Shown: in pieces, positions 60,515-64,000 of the stretch
Layout: each line of letters starts with the position of its first letter
How positions within the stretch are numbered: position 1 is the stretch's first letter
Origin: Piromyces finnis finn
Taxonomy: Eukaryota; Fungi; Neocallimastigomycota
Assembly: GCA_002104945.1 (NCBI GenBank)
Contig: MCFH01000078.1
Location: forward strand, 62,001-126,000
Direction of reading: 5' to 3'
Length of the DNA: 64,000 nt
Translations under genes and position numbers: made by a program
Notes under the pieces: generated by a model
Databases searched by the model: none
Told to the model about the DNA's origin: nothing
The model's input: the letters and a program-made list of their open reading frames with translations, nothing else

Positions 60515-61004
60515 TATTCATATTATTTTTTATTTTATTTTTCTTTAGGGTAAGTTTTATATATATATTATATATATAGGTATTTTTTATTTGCATTTAT
60601 TTATTATAAAAAAAAAAATAAATATTTTTATTTTATTTTAATCTTTTTTTTTACCTTTTCCTTTTTTTTTTTATTTTATTGAATAAAAAGAAAAAACGAA
60701 AAAGGGTTGATTGAAAAAAATAAAATAATTTGTTATTTTCTTTTTCTTTAAACTACATGAAAAAATTAAAATATTTTTGTTTTATTGTTTTTTTTTTTTT
60801 TTTCTTCTATTGTACTTTTCTTTTCTTTTTCTTTTTTGTTAAAATAAAAAAAGGGAGGGACAAATGATAAAAATGAATGATATAAAAAAGAAAAAAGAAA
60901 AAAAAAATTCTATTTTAATTTTTTTTTTTTTTTTTTTTATTTTATTATTATAATAGTAATTTATGTTTGTTTTTCTTTTAACTAGAATTTAATTTGCAAT
61001 TTCT

Positions 61005-63938
<2,934 letters not shown>

Positions 63939-64000
63939 CTATTATTAATAAAAAAAATAGGTCAAAGTAATTTTTTTTTTAGTTTTTGCATTTTTATTCT

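Overview
An extremely AT-rich, intron-dense eukaryotic region. I infer an anaerobic gut fungus (Neocallimastigomycota) from the (AAT)n and poly-A/T tracts, a fungal-type Tom20, a Ded1 with the fungal SSW C-terminus, and intronless genes of bacterial type. I assembled the spliced genes by hand by joining splice junctions in frame. In order they are: a 3' CDS fragment, MED31, a BRO1-domain protein, FCP1, an NYC1/NOL-like SDR, DED1, FYV10/MAEA, a tandem cNMP-binding protein, RPA43, a tandem VOC/glyoxalase-fold protein, PBDC1/Ypl225w, a CC2D1/Lgd-like protein, a DUF676 lipase, RINT1/TIP20, a uridine phosphorylase, a ChW-repeat protein, and a Tom20-SET fusion running off the right edge. Highlights: (1) a minor-spliceosome (U12-type) AT-AC intron in FYV10 with a perfect 5' site and branch site, plus a hairpin that could shorten an over-long branch-to-acceptor distance; (2) a ~560-bp tRNA-headed, A-tailed SINE-like insertion with a 13-bp target-site duplication; (3) Tom20 fused to a degenerate SMYD-type SET/MYND domain; (4) two horizontal-transfer candidates (ChW, SDR); (5) an Lgd/CC2D1-type ESCRT-III regulator. 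Most short ORFs in the supplied track are microsatellite or antisense artefacts. No rRNA, intact tRNA or CRISPR array was seen. All family assignments come from motif recognition, not database searches.
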